Counted from the stretch's first letter, positions 23,701 to 38,199 are shown. The stretch: 53,992 nt of DNA from Octopus bimaculoides (GCF_001194135.2 NC_068991.1:76909073-76963064); one strand, 5' to 3'. Program-made: numbers and translations. The notes: generated by a model not told the origin, from the letters alone.

Positions 23701-23808
23701 TATCCACTCTTAATATAGTCTTCAACTGGAATATCATTTGGCTTTTTAGAGCAGTGCGATTTCTTCTTTTCAGCCATGTTTTATTTGTATATGCATGAAT
23801 GGAAGCAG
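23701..23808 (-). other. Candidate exon of an unidentified gene (108 nt)
   Basis: Acceptor tttttactcctttctttctag, donor ata|gtaagt; contains aaaacATGG MAEKKKSHCSKKPNDIPVEDYIKSG, or an open phase-1 frame. No homology recognised. Confidence 0.3.
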
Positions 23809-23916
23809 CTAGAAAGAAAGGAGTAAAAAAAGAATCAAACATCAAACAATACAAACCTTTTTGAAAATGAAGTAATGAATGTAATGAGAATAATAGTTTA
23901 GCAAAGGGGATAGCAA

Positions 23917-23970
23917 ACAAGCAAGCAAGGGAGCCTGCAAGCAAGCAAGGGAGCCTGCAAGCAAGCAAGC
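23917..23970. repeat. 20-bp tandem duplication (gcaagcaagggagcctgcaa)
   Basis: Identical units at 23921 and 23941. Confidence 0.95.
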
Positions 23971-25433
23971 TATCTAAATACCTTAGGTTTTTATTTTTTT
24001 ATCATTTTATTTACATTTTAGTAATCTTTTTTTTTCTTTTATCTGTCAGACTGTCTTCATTTGTATTTTGTTTCCTAAACTGTTAGGAAAAAGAAAGAAG
24101 AAAAATTTACTAAATATTCTTGATGCATGATAAATGATAGCTGTGTGTGTGTTTGTGAGTGTGTGTGTGAGCTGAATTTATATAAGAATATTCATTTATT
24201 CTTTCTGTAAAATATTTTAGGGGCCTTAATCTTAAAGTAATCATGTGGGTCTGACATTCAAAGAACTGATATTCATCTCAGTGAGTTTCATTAAAATTCT
24301 GACTACACCAAATTGGATGAGACCCAACCAGTTTGAAATTGTTGTTGGACCCACATAGCTGTTTTAGAGAGTTATAACTCACCGATTATTTAAAATCTGA
24401 CTAAAGATATATATATACCCACATGTTTAAATAAATAGATCTTGTGTACTTAACTAAAATGGTTATGAAGGTAGATACCTTCACCAATCATTATGAGGAT
24501 TTTGTAGATTATTAACAATCATAGGGCTTGTAAATTTTCTTGATTGTTTTTCTATATGAAAAAGGTGCAAGAATTACAAAACCATTTAAGGATTGTGAAT
24601 TATTAAATCATTTACAAAATCTGTAGTTAATAAGATCATGCTTGAACTATACAGTTTACTAAATAAAAATCATATAGAAAACTGATAACCTAAGCTAGGT
24701 TTAACAAATCTAAGCACCAATTTGATATGTGTGTGTGTGTGTGTGTGTGTGTATAAAACAAACAACAACAATCTGAATGCTAGCAAAGAAAATCTGTAAA
24801 TACCACTATCAAAACTTTGATTAGCACCCGCCTCTTATTTTAGAAATCATTCTTCTGTTTATGTAAGTAGACCAATAGTCTTAGGAGCATGGTTTTTCAT
24901 CTTATTGAAAAAACAGTTCCTCCTCCTCCTCCTCCTCCTCCCTGTTCTTTCTATATTTATTGGATTTGATATTTCTTTGTGATATGTTCTACATTTTTCT
25001 ATTCTTTTTTTCTTTGCGCAATTAGAAAATTGCACAAAGTGTGTTTCCATTTTGCATAAGTAGTCTTGGTATTTGCTGATCTATACTACTATAGTAAAGA
25101 AGAGTTATAAGAACTATCAGTTGCCAAGCCATGCTACGTACATATTGTTTGTCAGTAAACTACTATTGGTTGGTTACCACTACTACTACTAGCTTACTAA
25201 GAAAGAACACACTAGTTGCCGACTTGATTATTGATTTTATTGTTCATCACATTTAACTTGTAAAAAGAAAAATCTTTCTCTCCATCATATAACAGATTTC
25301 ACATCCCAACTAATGTTTCATCTTTTGCTTTTTAATTTCACTTTTTCTTTACACACACACGCACACACTTACTTTAATGAAGAACTAGAATATTTCTTCA
25401 TGTAGTACTTTCAAGAAAGGAAGATACTTATAT

Positions 25434-28100
25434 ATCATCATCATCATCATCGTTGTCACCATTCTATGTCTATTTTTCCATACTTGCATGATTTAAGTAG
25501 ATCTTCTCTAGAGCAGTATCTTGTCACTTGTGATCCCTGAGATTATCTTTCTCCTGGGATCTCCTTCTCCTACAGGTTCCTTCCACTGTCATACTCCATA
25601 TGCACCACAATTCCAAACCATCTCAGTCTTCTCTCTTGCTTGCCACATTTAATTAATCTTATACCTAGTTTTTCTCTCATATGTGATCCATCATTCATTG
25701 ACTCTAAAAAAAATTATTCATCCAACAGAACATGATTGCTTCATCTCCTTCCAATCTTTGCAATATTTCCCATATATGAGACCCATGTTATGCAGCTATG
25801 CAGCATCACACTGTACACATGCATCATTGTGTTACCCTGAAGCAGAAAACCTCTGTTACAAGTAGAAGTAACAGTGCCCTGCAGTTTTCAATCCCATTCT
25901 TTGGCAGCTATTCTTTCAAAACATTCTCCTACATTGCTAACTGATCATCTGGCTAACAGAATCTATCAACACTTTTTTTTTATGGTACTCTCTGAATATT
26001 TGAAAGAATTTATTTCATGGGTGCTCTTCTTGTTAGCTACTTATGTACATCTGCCACTTATAAAAGTTCCCTGTCAACCTGCTTGTGACCGCTCTGCACT
26101 TCTTATGCATTCAAAGTTAACATTGGGTACATTATATGGAGTTCCTTATTATTTCTTTCCTGTATGTCAAGCATGGCTATTGACAAGATAGCAATAGAGT
26201 CCTGTCTCCTTTCCTGCTAACTTGGTTTACTTTAAGACTTCTTGATTTTAAGCTTTAACCTCACATTTAGAATTTCTCTCCTAATTCTTTGACAGATTCA
26301 GGAACTAGGTTATCAGCATACAAAAGTTCCCATAGACAGCCAGTCTTAAACTCTTTTGTGATTGCCTAGAGAATTTAAAATAAGCAGGAAGTGTTTGAGA
26401 ACCAAGACCTGATAGATATCAACTGCACACTGAGTTCAATGTCAGTTCCCACATTGCCAATAGCATCTCTGCAATGACTTACTGTATAGTTATCACATGC
26501 TATTTATCTTCACCTAATTTTCTGGTAGCCCCTAGACTTCAGGGTGTGTTACCCTCTTAAAGGGCTTCTCCAGGTATTGTAGCTTGCTCTTAGCTACAGA
26601 CGTCTGTAGTTTTACAAGGAAGAAGGTATCAATAGTTGCCTCTCCTGGAATAAATTCAAATTGCTTCTAATCTAAACTAATGTTCCTCTTAATTAGTTGT
26701 GCTATGTTCGTAACTTGGTTTATCAATTCCCTGCTACTACAGCTGCTTTTTTTTCTAAAGCTTCTCCTTTTCTCTTGTAGCAGTTAATGATAATATTGCC
26801 ATGCCAATCATAGGGAATTATTCCTTTCTTATTTGATTGACTGGCCTGAGTCCTACTTTATTGGATGTTTTAAGCCACTCATCTACTATCCTTAGTTGTC
26901 TAGATGCTTTCCTTGCCTTCATATCTCTAATGGCTATTTCATCTGTGTAGCTGTCAATTTCAAAAGCTCGTCACTCTGCTAGTCTATCTAGAGCACTCCC
27001 TTTTTTCCTCTCCTGTCCCCTCTACATTCTGCAATCTCTCCACATGCATGTCTCCTCTGCATCAGTGAGGTCGAGTGCAGTGCTACCATACATATTTTAG
27101 ACCAGTGATATCCTGATTCATTTTGACACCCTTTTTAAAATCCAGAAAGCCTTGTACTTCTGATTCTCACAGCATCGAACGTTGGCAGATTTCTCTATTT
27201 CATCAAATGTCTACTTTTCCTTCTGGTTACTTGATATTGTTGTTTGCAAACCCTTTCCTTTTATTATTTCTCAACCTGTCTTTTAGCTTTTATGGCTCTA
27301 ACTACCACACCTTTCAATCTTCATGTCATTCTTTGGTCTTGTTGGAATCTTGCTCAATACGCATATTCATTCTGTGGTTTGCGATGTGTTGTCTTGTAGA
27401 AACTTCCAGTTCTCTTCTGTGATGTAGGTCTTTATCTCCTCCTCAAGATGTGACACCTAGAACTTCTTTGTAATAATGTCTAGCAGTGTGATCTTTTAGC
27501 TTCCATACCTCCCTTCTCTATGTTGTCACTATCTCCAGGCTTATCTGCCTCTAAATTTGAAGCCACTAATCCTTAGTCTCTTTCGGATGGTACATTCTTT
27601 GCTAACTGAATACTTATTGTTTATAGCTATGTCTGTCCAGTTTCCTGGTGAGTGCAAATTCTGTCTGGCTTCTGTATTCACCCGAATAGTGGATCATGAA
27701 GTGATTTACCACTTTCTCAGCGTTGCAAATGGTTAGGTTATTTGCATCATAGAAATCTAAAAGCCTTGACACCTTTTCATTCCATATGCCATAACCATAA
27801 CCTTCTTCTTAGACATAGCTATAGCTACTATGGTGTTGCCCAGTGTGTCCATCGAAGTCACTAGCTGTAATGAGGTTGCTGTCTTTTTATAGTGTGGTAA
27901 TGTGCAAATAGAAATGGCCTTTTTACTCATTTGTCTGTCCTGATTGTGGTACCTGAGCCCATATTACTATTGTTGTGTTGTTACCTGTGACTATTCTGAG
28001 CTGAATTATTGTCACATTCTCTGATTATGTCAATTACTTTATCTATTTGATAATTACTTTATACTTCAATGAGGAAATGACAAGGGACCCAGGAGATGTG
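25434..28100 (-). mobile_element. RTE-clade LINE, decayed (APE endonuclease, RT, (ATG)n tail)
   Basis: Minus strand: APE-like AQVPQSGQ..E.KGHFY (~27950), RT AITKEFKTGCLWELLYADNLV (~26310-26370), RRLRWFG (~25620), and (CAT)n at 25434. Confidence 0.88.
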
Positions 28101-28169
28101 GCAATTTGCTGTACTTGATAAGACACGTCAAGCTAAGTAAAAGTCACTGTCTTCCACACAAACAAGCTT

Positions 28170-28425
28170 CTCTTTTCAGGTGCCGGTGCCACTTATAAAA
28201 CACCTGTGCCAGTGCTGCATTAACACACTTGTGCCAATGCTGCATAAATGCACCTGTACTAGTGGCATGTAAAACGCACCCAGAACACTCTTTTAAATGG
28301 TTGGCAGTAGGTAGGGTGGAAATGATGTCACAACAGAGTCTGGACAGCTCCCTGCTAGCCAGCTCCATGTCAAACCATCCAACCCATGACAGCATGAAGA
28401 GTGGACATTAAACGATGATGATGAT
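28170..28425 (+). mobile_element. SINE family A
   Basis: ggcatgtaaaacgcaccc...aaccatccaacccatgacagcatg...ttaaacgatgatgatg. Confidence 0.8.
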
Positions 28426-28977
28426 ATGCCAACAATATGTCTACTCCACACCTCCACTGCTGTTGCTTACACAGAGAAGTTCATTTGTATTTGTTGCCTG
28501 TGAGGAATCTTCTGAAGGCTCTCTTCCATTTTACATCTTGTGTGCAACATACATCTACAAATCTGTTTTTAAACATAAATAGTAAATATTTTCCCTTTTA
28601 TTCATTCCTCTTGTTTTCTTAAATGTACATTTGTTAATATCTAAGCTTTTAAAATGATAGAGGAAAACCACCCCCAACAAAATAATGATTTTAACAAAAT
28701 GTTTATATTAAAAAAATTAAAGAAATCAAGCATACAATTATCTACAATTTCTCATAATATTATTAATACTAATGATAATTTTTGTTGTTGTTTTTATTAC
28801 TGCTTTCATGTTTTTATTATTGTTATTATTTAATTTATTTTTTGTTTTAACTACTACTACTGCCGCTGCACTCTCTTTTTCAATTCATGAATTTACATTT
28901 TGTTCATTATTAATCTGATTGAATTTTAGTGAATAAGCACCTCAGTGAAAGGTTTGCAATGAAATAAATATAATAAC

Positions 28978-29017
<40 letters not shown>

Positions 29018-29225
29018 CGTATGCACACACATGCACATATATAAGAAAATATATGAACATACATACATAAATATGCTCACTTGCATATATATGTGCATAC
29101 ACCCATACACACATATATGGGTGCTTATACCCCTGAATGAGTGCGCATCTGTATATATACATGTATATGTACTGTGTGTATATTTGAGTGTGTGTATACA
29201 TATGCGTGGATATATACATGTATAC
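28978..29225. repeat. (CA)n and degenerate CA/TA tract
   Basis: Simple repeats. Confidence 0.95.
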
Positions 29226-31419
29226 AATTAATCAAGCTTAACATTTGAAATGAGAAAATGTGTTTTTTCTTTTTTACCCTCTTCATAAAATTTTCAAGCA
29301 AAGCAAATTTAGAATCATGTTTGTTTTATTTTGAATAATGTTTTCAGTTTTTGATTTTATTTGATTGATATAATCAAATGACTTGCAAAATTAAATTATT
29401 AATAAAAGCAAACCAATAGCTTTCTCATAATTAAGAAAAAAAATTAATTAAATACTATTCATCTTACTTAAGTGAATCCTTTTATAAATCAAAAGAATCC
29501 ATAAGGCCGATACTCAACTCTGGTTATGTACTGTTAAGCAGCAGGTGTAGGTCACATGACGAGGAACGTGGTAGCACGAGAATTTCTTCTGACATTTCCT
29601 CTACATTAATAATTGTTGCACTCTTATTCTTCACTATGTACATATTGCAAGAATTGATTTCTTAATAGGGATTTACCATAATCTGTTTCTGAAACAAGAA
29701 GGTAATGGTATTCAGGCTTCACTACCACCACAAATCACATTTACACGTACTAATGAGGGATCCTCTACATGGTTGCTTGACCTACTGAAAATAGCTGTTA
29801 ATTCTCTCAAATGATGCCTTGCTATCATTGAAACAGAAAAAAAAAATGGCTTAATGTAGCCATGGTTACACAGTATTGAGGAAATGAAGATAGTCACAGC
29901 TGTAAATCTTTTGATCCCCATGACTTCTTCATCAAGGCTGGCCTGGAGCTTAATAACAACAGCTACTTTTGTAGTTATGTTAATTCATATTCTACTGCAA
30001 AAATGTCATTGTCTCTTTGCCAGGCTTTTAATTTCGTAGCTGGCTGTGGAGATAAAGATTTTAAGAAAACTTACTTGTGATTCTTTGACATCTTTTTCAG
30101 AAAAATGGAAAATTTCTCTTTTAATATTTTAAAGCACTAGATCTACTGAATCTTTCTGCTTTAAACATTTTAGTTGATTATACTTTTTTAAACCACAATA
30201 TTAGGGTGTGCAGTATACATAGGAACAGAATGTTGTCCATTTTTCCCAGACAGATGCATTGTCATATTAGATATTGCATAACCAAAAGTAAGTTATATCT
30301 GTTGTCTTAGTTAACTGATGTGTAGTGAAGAATTACAATGATTATGATGATATATTTATGTGACAGTGATGTATTAAATGTTTCTTATTCAAGTTTGTTC
30401 TGCTTCTTAGGTGAGGTATTTGGACTTCTGAGATGGGAAGTAGCAAAATTACATCACAAAAGGGTGTTTAGAGGTTTGAGTGTGGTGGTGAGAAAATTTG
30501 TGTATCACGATTAGCGATAGTAATGATAGGGGAAGAACAACAGATTATGATGCCAAGTTTGATTGTATTTAAATAGATATTTTTTTAAAATCTTATTTTT
30601 TAAATGTTTGGTTTAAAAATATACACATACCTCTATGTGTTATAAATACCAGAGTGCGTTCCATGCTCTAAGATCTGCCATAAGCTTGAAATCTTTTTTT
30701 GGTATAGCAGAGTGGATTTTTCAATTAAATTGTCCCTTGGCATTCTGGCATAGGAAAATCTGTCCACCCTGGTGGGAATTCTTTCATTGCACCTTTTATT
30801 TCAATTAAAAATTTCTTTAATATGATTTACTTGCTATGTCTCAAAATAAACATTTGTTATTAGGTATGTATGAGCTACAGACTAGTGTTATTTTGAACTT
30901 TGTCTGTTGGCAGGTCATTCAAGAAATCTAACCTCTAATTTGGGGGGGGGGGCCTGTCTTTACTTCCTATAATCTCAGACATCACTGTAGCTAAAAGTAG
31001 ATAATTTCAGTCCTCAAAAGAATGGATGGTCTTTTCACTTACTGGTTAGTGAATTTCCACATAACTTGAATTGATAAATTTTCAGAAAAATCCAGTTGAG
31101 GATTTTTTGTTGCAGGACCCATCCTTCAAAAGGTACAGATTGCATAACAGACACTAAATTCATTGTAGGTTACCATTATTTGCTTGAGAGACATAGTCAA
31201 CCGGAGTGTAAGATGATATTCAGGTTCCACTATTGCTGTAGACCAATACCACCGTCACAATTATCCTCACTCCTAAAATTGTAATCAGTCATTTCCATCC
31301 CATGAAGCTCAAGTCTTGAGATTAACAAATGCACAGTTGTGGATACAAGACCTTTTGTTGCTGGTGGTGAGGTTACTGATCACTGATGTTATAGCCATTA
31401 GCATTGTTGTGGCAACTTT

Positions 31420-31860
31420 AATATTACCATTGTTGTTACTACTGTCATACCTGCTATGTCACTATCCCAACCAGAACCACACCCATCACTTCCCTATCAG
31501 CATTACTATCACCAGTGCTATTTGATTATCAATGTTGCCACCATTAGCACCAGCTTTACCACCATATTGCTATTATCAACATATCTATCACAACCACCAT
31601 TGCTACCACCACCACTAAAACATCAACACTGTTAAACTATTTCAACTATCACCAACACAATCTCACAGATGCCATTCACTATAATTGGTACCAATACTAT
31701 CAGTGTATTCCCACCGCTACCATGATGACCACCTCTACAGCTACCACCCTGTCATTATCATCATCGTCCCCACTGTTATCATGATCATCATGATCATAAA
31801 TATTGCCAATACTCTCATTAGCATGACTTCTCCTTCAAAATCATTACTATAATTGTATAG
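31420..31860. repeat. Low-complexity ACC/CAT/ACT tract
   Basis: Degenerate trinucleotide repeats. Confidence 0.8.
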
Positions 31861-32239
31861 CCATGGTCATTTTCTTAGTTGCAGCCATCTTCATTATTAG
31901 TGTGAGTATAGAAGCCACCCATCTTTCTTTCTCATCTCTGCTCTCTTCCTCTGTGTATTCTGTGAGTCACTAACATTTCATCAGAAGTATAAGTACTATC
32001 TATCTAGGTTAAATGTGCACATAGATCTCAATAGCATATTAAGATACACACTAGTGAATATATATATATTATAGTAGAATGCAGTATAGCATAATAGGAT
32101 TAGTACATCGGAACTTAGTTACAGACAGTTTTCTGTAAGTGACGTGTGTAAAATATGGTGAAATATATAGTAGTTTAGTATAGCGTGGCAGCACACAGTA
32201 TATCACCGATTGCTTAATGTATGTGTGTGTGTGTACATG

Positions 32240-32600
32240 GGGGATGGCACCTGTGCCCAGCATCGCCTTTCTGGCACTTGTGCCCGTGACATTTGTAAGG
32301 ATTTTTGAGTGAGATCGTTGCCAGTGCCCCTGGACTGGCTCTTGTGTGGGTGGCACATAAAATACACCATTTTGAGCATGGCCGGTGCCAGTACTGCATG
32401 ACTGGCCTTCGTGCCGGTGGCATGTAAAAGCACCCACCACACGCTCGGAGTGGTTGGTGTTAGGAAGGGCATCCAGCTGTAGAAACTCTGTCAAATCAGA
32501 TTGAAGCCTGGTGTAGCCATCTGGTTTCACCAGTTCTCAGTCAAATCGTCCAACCCATGCTAGCATGGAAAGCGGATGTTAAACAACGATGATGATGATG
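32240..32600 (+). mobile_element. SINE family A, full length
   Basis: gtggcatgtaaaagcaccc...gttaggaagggcatccagctgtagaaac...ccaacccatgctagcatggaaagcggatgttaaac..gatgatgatg. Confidence 0.9.
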
Positions 32601-33179
32601 ATATATATATATATATATATATGATATATAATCATTTTATGCATAAGTTGGATGAGACTTATTTAAGGTAGTAAAGAGAGGCTTGATGTCCTTCCTGGCA
32701 TCAATCTTGTTTTCAATTCAAGGTATTTTGTCCTGTGTTTGTGTACATCAAACCACCAAAGTTTTGTTTCTAGGACACAGACATTACCACTGCCCAACCA
32801 GTGTCAAAATAATAACATGTAAAGACAAACATATGCACATATATACTCACACACACATTAACATGACAAGCTTTTTCTCAGCTCCCTTCCACCAGTTCTG
32901 TTCACAAACCTGAGAAGATTTTCCCAAGGTGTCATGTTCTGGGACTGTGTGTGTGTGTAGCTACAAAGTTTGCTCCACACCCAAGCTTTGTACCAACACG
33001 CACGTGCTAGAGGCTTCTACACAGTTTCTGTTAACCAAATTTCATTTACAAGGATTGGTCAACCTAAGACTATTGTCAAGGCACCAAGCGTTGGAACCTA
33101 ACTCCTTTTTGAGGATATGTTTGTTAGGTAATGCTTAGTTTAGAGTCGTTGATTTTGGTTGGTATTCTGTTTTAATATT

Positions 33180-33550
33180 TCCTGTTACTTGTTTCACTAT
33201 TTAGACTGTGGCCATACTGAAGCACTACATAGATAGATATATCAATTTTAGTACATAAATGGTACTGTGTTTCTTATTCACCTCAAAGAAATAAAAAGTA
33301 ATGTTCACCTGAATTTATGTAATTGTGTATGTGTGCGTGCATGCATGCATGTAAATTCTTATAACATACATTTATACATACATATATATTACAGGCTTCT
33401 TTTAGTATCTCTCTACCAAATCAACTTATGAGACTTTGGTCAACCTGAGGCTATAAAAGAAGGTACTTGCTTAAGGTGCCATGCAGTGGAACTGAACCTG
33501 AAAACATCTGGCTGACAAGTGAACAACATAGTCATGCTTGCACCTTGCAA
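33180..33550 (-). mobile_element. SINE family C, degenerate
   Basis: gttacttgtttcact...ctaccaaatcaac...cacttgc-like...gtggaactgaacctg. Confidence 0.65.
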
Positions 33551-34862
33551 ACTAATATTTCTTAATTTCCTTTGGAATTGTTTGCTCATTGGTTAAAAAA
33601 TTTGGAGTTAGAGAAGTTGTAAGTAATAACTATCCCAGCATATAATTAGATCAACCATCACAAATGATATAAAACATAGAGACATGTGGAAATACATTTT
33701 TGTGTAAGTCTGTCTAACTCAAGCTATTGCATGGATGAAAAAGAGATTAAATATGATTATGCTATGTATTGTCATGTGAATGAGTTTAAATAATATAGTT
33801 GAATTCATTTGATGAGTAGCATTTTTAATAAGTTTTAATGTAATCATATTAAATACTAATATTGTAAAAATGCATAATTTCTTTTCCATTTTGTAATTAA
33901 TCAATGTTGACTCATCTATAAATCATTAGTTCAAAATGTGTTACAAGCTTCATGTTGTTTCCTAAGGGTAGACACATAATTCTAATCATTGGTTAGTGGG
34001 TCATCAAATATTTAAAGGTTTTGGGCTTTCAATTTCATGTTTCCAATTAGCCAGAGGTCTGTCAATTCGTGAATAATAATTGCTTTATTTTTAACCCCAT
34101 AAAGATGGCATAGAGGATAGAGGTAACAGAAAAATATATTTTTTTTCCCACTGTTTTTGTACTGAAATTTGAGCATTTTTTTTCTACGAGCCCAGTTTGA
34201 TGGATAAATCTAGAAATATTTATTTGTTTTGTTGATATAAAGATCTTAAAAAATGACTTCTTTATGTAAATTTTACATGATGCAGAACTGCATCATTATT
34301 AAATAAAGATGTAAATTTCTCTTTTTTATCTTTTGTATTTTGAATTTGAAAAATTTTGAATTACATGCTTCACATTCTCTATTGGTTACCCCCATGTCTT
34401 GTCAGTTGTTTCAAAAATGCATATAAAAACCTGACAGTAATAAATTAACTTTAAACAGAAACTGCTTCGAGTGTAGAATGGGGCTGCTTGTTTTGTTGCA
34501 GAAGACGAGGTAATTTAGATTCTTCACAGAAACAAAAAAACAAATCTAGTGAAGGACTTATTTACACAATCCCTCGAGGAGGTGCGTTTTACACCTTGGA
34601 TGGATGATGATGATTACACTAATGTACCACAGGTGTAAAAATGTGTCAAAACAATTGCAGTGATTTTGAATAAAGAATGTTATTCATTCCATTTTCTATT
34701 ATTCATCTATTTATATAAACACTATGGGTACTATGGAATTCCTGATGTATATCCAGTAACAGGAGCATTTCTACTGTATGATGACATCAGGTAGCCAATA
34801 ACTGTGGACAAGCTTTGCATAGCATTCTGCACAGTCTTTACCTGAATCTTATTTAACTATAT

Positions 34863-34866
<4 letters not shown>

Positions 34867-34949
<83 letters not shown>

Positions 34950-35040
34950 AGAAGACACTTGCCCAAGATTCTGTGCAGTGATACTGAACCTGAAGCCATT
35001 TGATTAAGAGCAAACTTCTTAATCACACAACCAAACCTGT
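34867..35040 (-). mobile_element. (GA)n plus SINE family C head fragment
   Basis: GA run followed by gaagacacttgcccaaga...actgaacctgaagcc. Confidence 0.7.
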
Positions 35041-35399
35041 TCAAAGTATATTTTTATTCCATTATTAATACATACTCACGTACAGTAAACAAGAGGCGTT
35101 CATAAAATATGCTTGTTGTTGTCTTTCTCAAATAAATTTTTTGTTGTGCTGCTTGGATAACCCTGGTGAACTGTGATATACAGTTATAAACAGACATCAG
35201 AAGATTTGAAATTATTAACTTTCTGTAACCTGAAGAAGTAGAAGTATTGTTGTCTAGGTGGTGTTTAGTCACATTGGTTTTGTTCAGCATTCTTTTTATT
35301 CTTTTATTCTGTTAATAGTTTCAGTCATTGAACTGGCCATACTGAGGCACTTATTTAATTATCATAGATACAACAATAGGCAAGAAAGATTTGCATGTC

Positions 35400-37600
35400 T
35401 AATCAACAGCCAACAACACTAAAATGGAGTCTAATAAACACCTAAACCTTGCTAATGCTGAAGAAACAGATGCATAGTTAATACAGCTTACCTCAAAACT
35501 GTCTACTGATGATACTAAGCTTGAATTAGTTAAGCTAAAGTTACATGCATTATGCAGTACCAGTAATCAAACTGGAAAATGTTCTATATCTTAGAACAAT
35601 TCAAGATTGATCATTTGAAGATATAAAATGTGCAGCTAAAAAAAAACACAACTTATTTTTGACAGGTTAAAAGTTTTGGACTTAAAGCAACAAGCAAGGA
35701 GAAGCAGTTAATGATTTCCTGCTAAGGCTCAATATGCATGCTTCTTTATTTAAATTGTCTGTAATAAAAGCTGACCCAGAAGCAGAGCTTGAAAAATTGG
35801 TTTTTATTAATAGAATCAATTGTGCTCAGACAAAAATAGATTCTTCATTGTCTGAGAGCTTGCTTAAAGCATCCCTGTCAAAGTTGGTTAGTATTGTTGT
35901 GATATTGCAATCATTGGGCATTTACAGTCATACTGCCAAGTTCTAACAGAAATATTTTACACTATTATTAGTAAAGATTATTGTCAAGGAAAGTTTAAAC
36001 AAGTAGCTGAACAAAGCCAGGTTATTTTTTGCAGTATTTATGGATCATCACATCCTTCTAACTTCTACTTTGCTTATAGGAAGAAATTCTTTACATGTAA
36101 TAAATTTTGCCATTTCAGAAAATTCTGCAGGTAAAAGCCATTATGTTCTAAGTCATTCTATAATGTTAAGAGTATGAGCTCTAATTAGACTAACAATGAG
36201 GAAGTATTTCTGAATGTTGATTATACTACATATGATAATTTACATTAGATTAAGTGTAAATTGAATGAACACCCAGTTCAAAGACCACTGGATATTGGTA
36301 CAGCTTACTTCATCATTCGGGCTTCACTGTTAACAAATTTATCGTTAATCACCAAACCTGCTTATGGGCATTTAACTAATGACGATTCCAAACTAGAGGT
36401 AGCTGGCACTACAACAGCTTTATTTGTCTTGGAGATAAAAGCAATACTTAAGCTTTATTGTGGTTAATAACCCTTATACCTTTGGATTAACTGGTGTCCT
36501 TGATTAACTGGATTAACTGTAGTCTTTGATTTTCTACCACTAATAAAGTATTAGAATGCTAAACTTTTTTTCTGTAGAGTTTGAAAAATAGGAGGTTGAA
36601 AATGGCCATTACAATTTGGTGGTAACAGGAATTATAATTCCATGTCTGTCTTAAGGTATCAAGAATGCATCACCAATTAATGGGATGAAAATGAAAGATG
36701 GTAAATTAGAATATATGTTGATTGTATAATACACTTAATTAACTCAAATTCAAAAACCTTTTCTCATCCAACACCTTATCTGTCCCTAAACCTTGTTGAG
36801 CAAAAGTTCTTTCTTGAGTTTATAATATACAAATGGCTGTACAACAAGTACTGAAGAAAGCAAGAGCCTGTGTTTGGTTGTCTAATTTTGGTAGAGATAT
36901 TGAATTCTTCAGCTCTTGTGACAGATTTAAATGCAACCCTTATAATACTAAATATCCTGAATCATAGCCCTGAGAAATGGGTTACATAGGAATTGATCAT
37001 TGGTGACTCAACAACTCGTTGGCTTGAGGCCTTTACAAGTCCAGTAGGACCTAGGAAATATTTGATTGTTCCAGTGACAGTGCTATCATTTAATGAACCA
37101 GAATTTATTCACTCAAAAAACTGGTTAAACTGACTTAGTTGCAAGAAAATTGGAATTTCTGTCTATGGACCATAATCTAATGTTGAAGCAGAAGGAACTG
37201 TACAGATAATTAAGGCTGCATTAAAAGATTAAAACCCACCTACTGGAATGTTTGCTGAAGATCCTTTTCAACCATTATAATGCATTTGGTGCAAACAAAT
37301 TACCTCCAGTTGTGAAATTACTTCCAGACAATTAAAAATAGTAGAAAACCTTTTTTATGAGGTTGGACCAATGATTCATTATGAAAACAGTACAATAAAT
37401 TTCCTCAGTTGCACACTATCTGGTTCATACTGGCAGAAACACAGGCTTGATTAAATGTGAAGATGAAAAGAGCTTAGTATCAGTTGTACTGAATATCCTT
37501 TCCTAAGCACATCTGCTAATCTTGATAATATTATCAATAGGCTGACATCACTAGCTTCTCCATCTTCTACAGATGGTACCTTGCAATAATGTTTCTAACA
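35400..37600 (+). mobile_element. Decayed Ty3/Gypsy LTR retrotransposon (gag and integrase remnants)
   Basis: gag-like QGEAVNDFLLRLNMHA (~35700); integrase zinc-finger-like VLKKARACVWLSNFGRDIEFFSSCDRFK (~36850); core SNVEAEGTVQIIKAALKD (~37180). RT and LTRs not recognised. Confidence 0.75.
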
Positions 37601-38199
37601 GGTCAACTTCATCAATTCCTCCGACTACTACTGTTAGTAATATTCAATCCCTAATATCTTCCATTTTGCCAATACTACTAAATCATACCAACCCTCACAG
37701 CAACTTAACTCATAGATTACCATCTTATTAGAGCTGTAAAATCTCAAAAGCTTAAAAACCTTAATGATATGATAACTAACATAATTTCTCCTTTGTGGCT
37801 GGAGTAATGTTATGTTTACAGTGTTTCTAAGCAATTGTTTAGTCATGTACAGAAAACAAGGGCTGTGATTGAAACCCACTTGCAATTTTCCATCCTAAAT
37901 TTTATAGCATACTACTTCGGTAATACTGGTGAGCCATGATGTACAGTTATAACAAAATCTGAAGACTTGAACTTGCATATTCACTTACATACTGTTGTGT
38001 ACTTAAAGAGCAGATGCATTGTGGACTTATTTTATTATTATTGCAAACACAGCATGATAAAAAGCCATTTAATAATGGCAGAATGGAAATAAAAATATTT
38101 ATTCAATAAGTTAGCTTTTAATAAGTCCTAATTATGAACTGAAAAATTCAAGATTTAATGTAAACATTAACAGTAATCAATATCAAAACTGTTAAGGAA

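Noticed and set aside
30411-30520. GEVFGLL resembling the ABCA Walker A lead-in
   Set aside because: Not followed by GxNGAGKT; a chance match.
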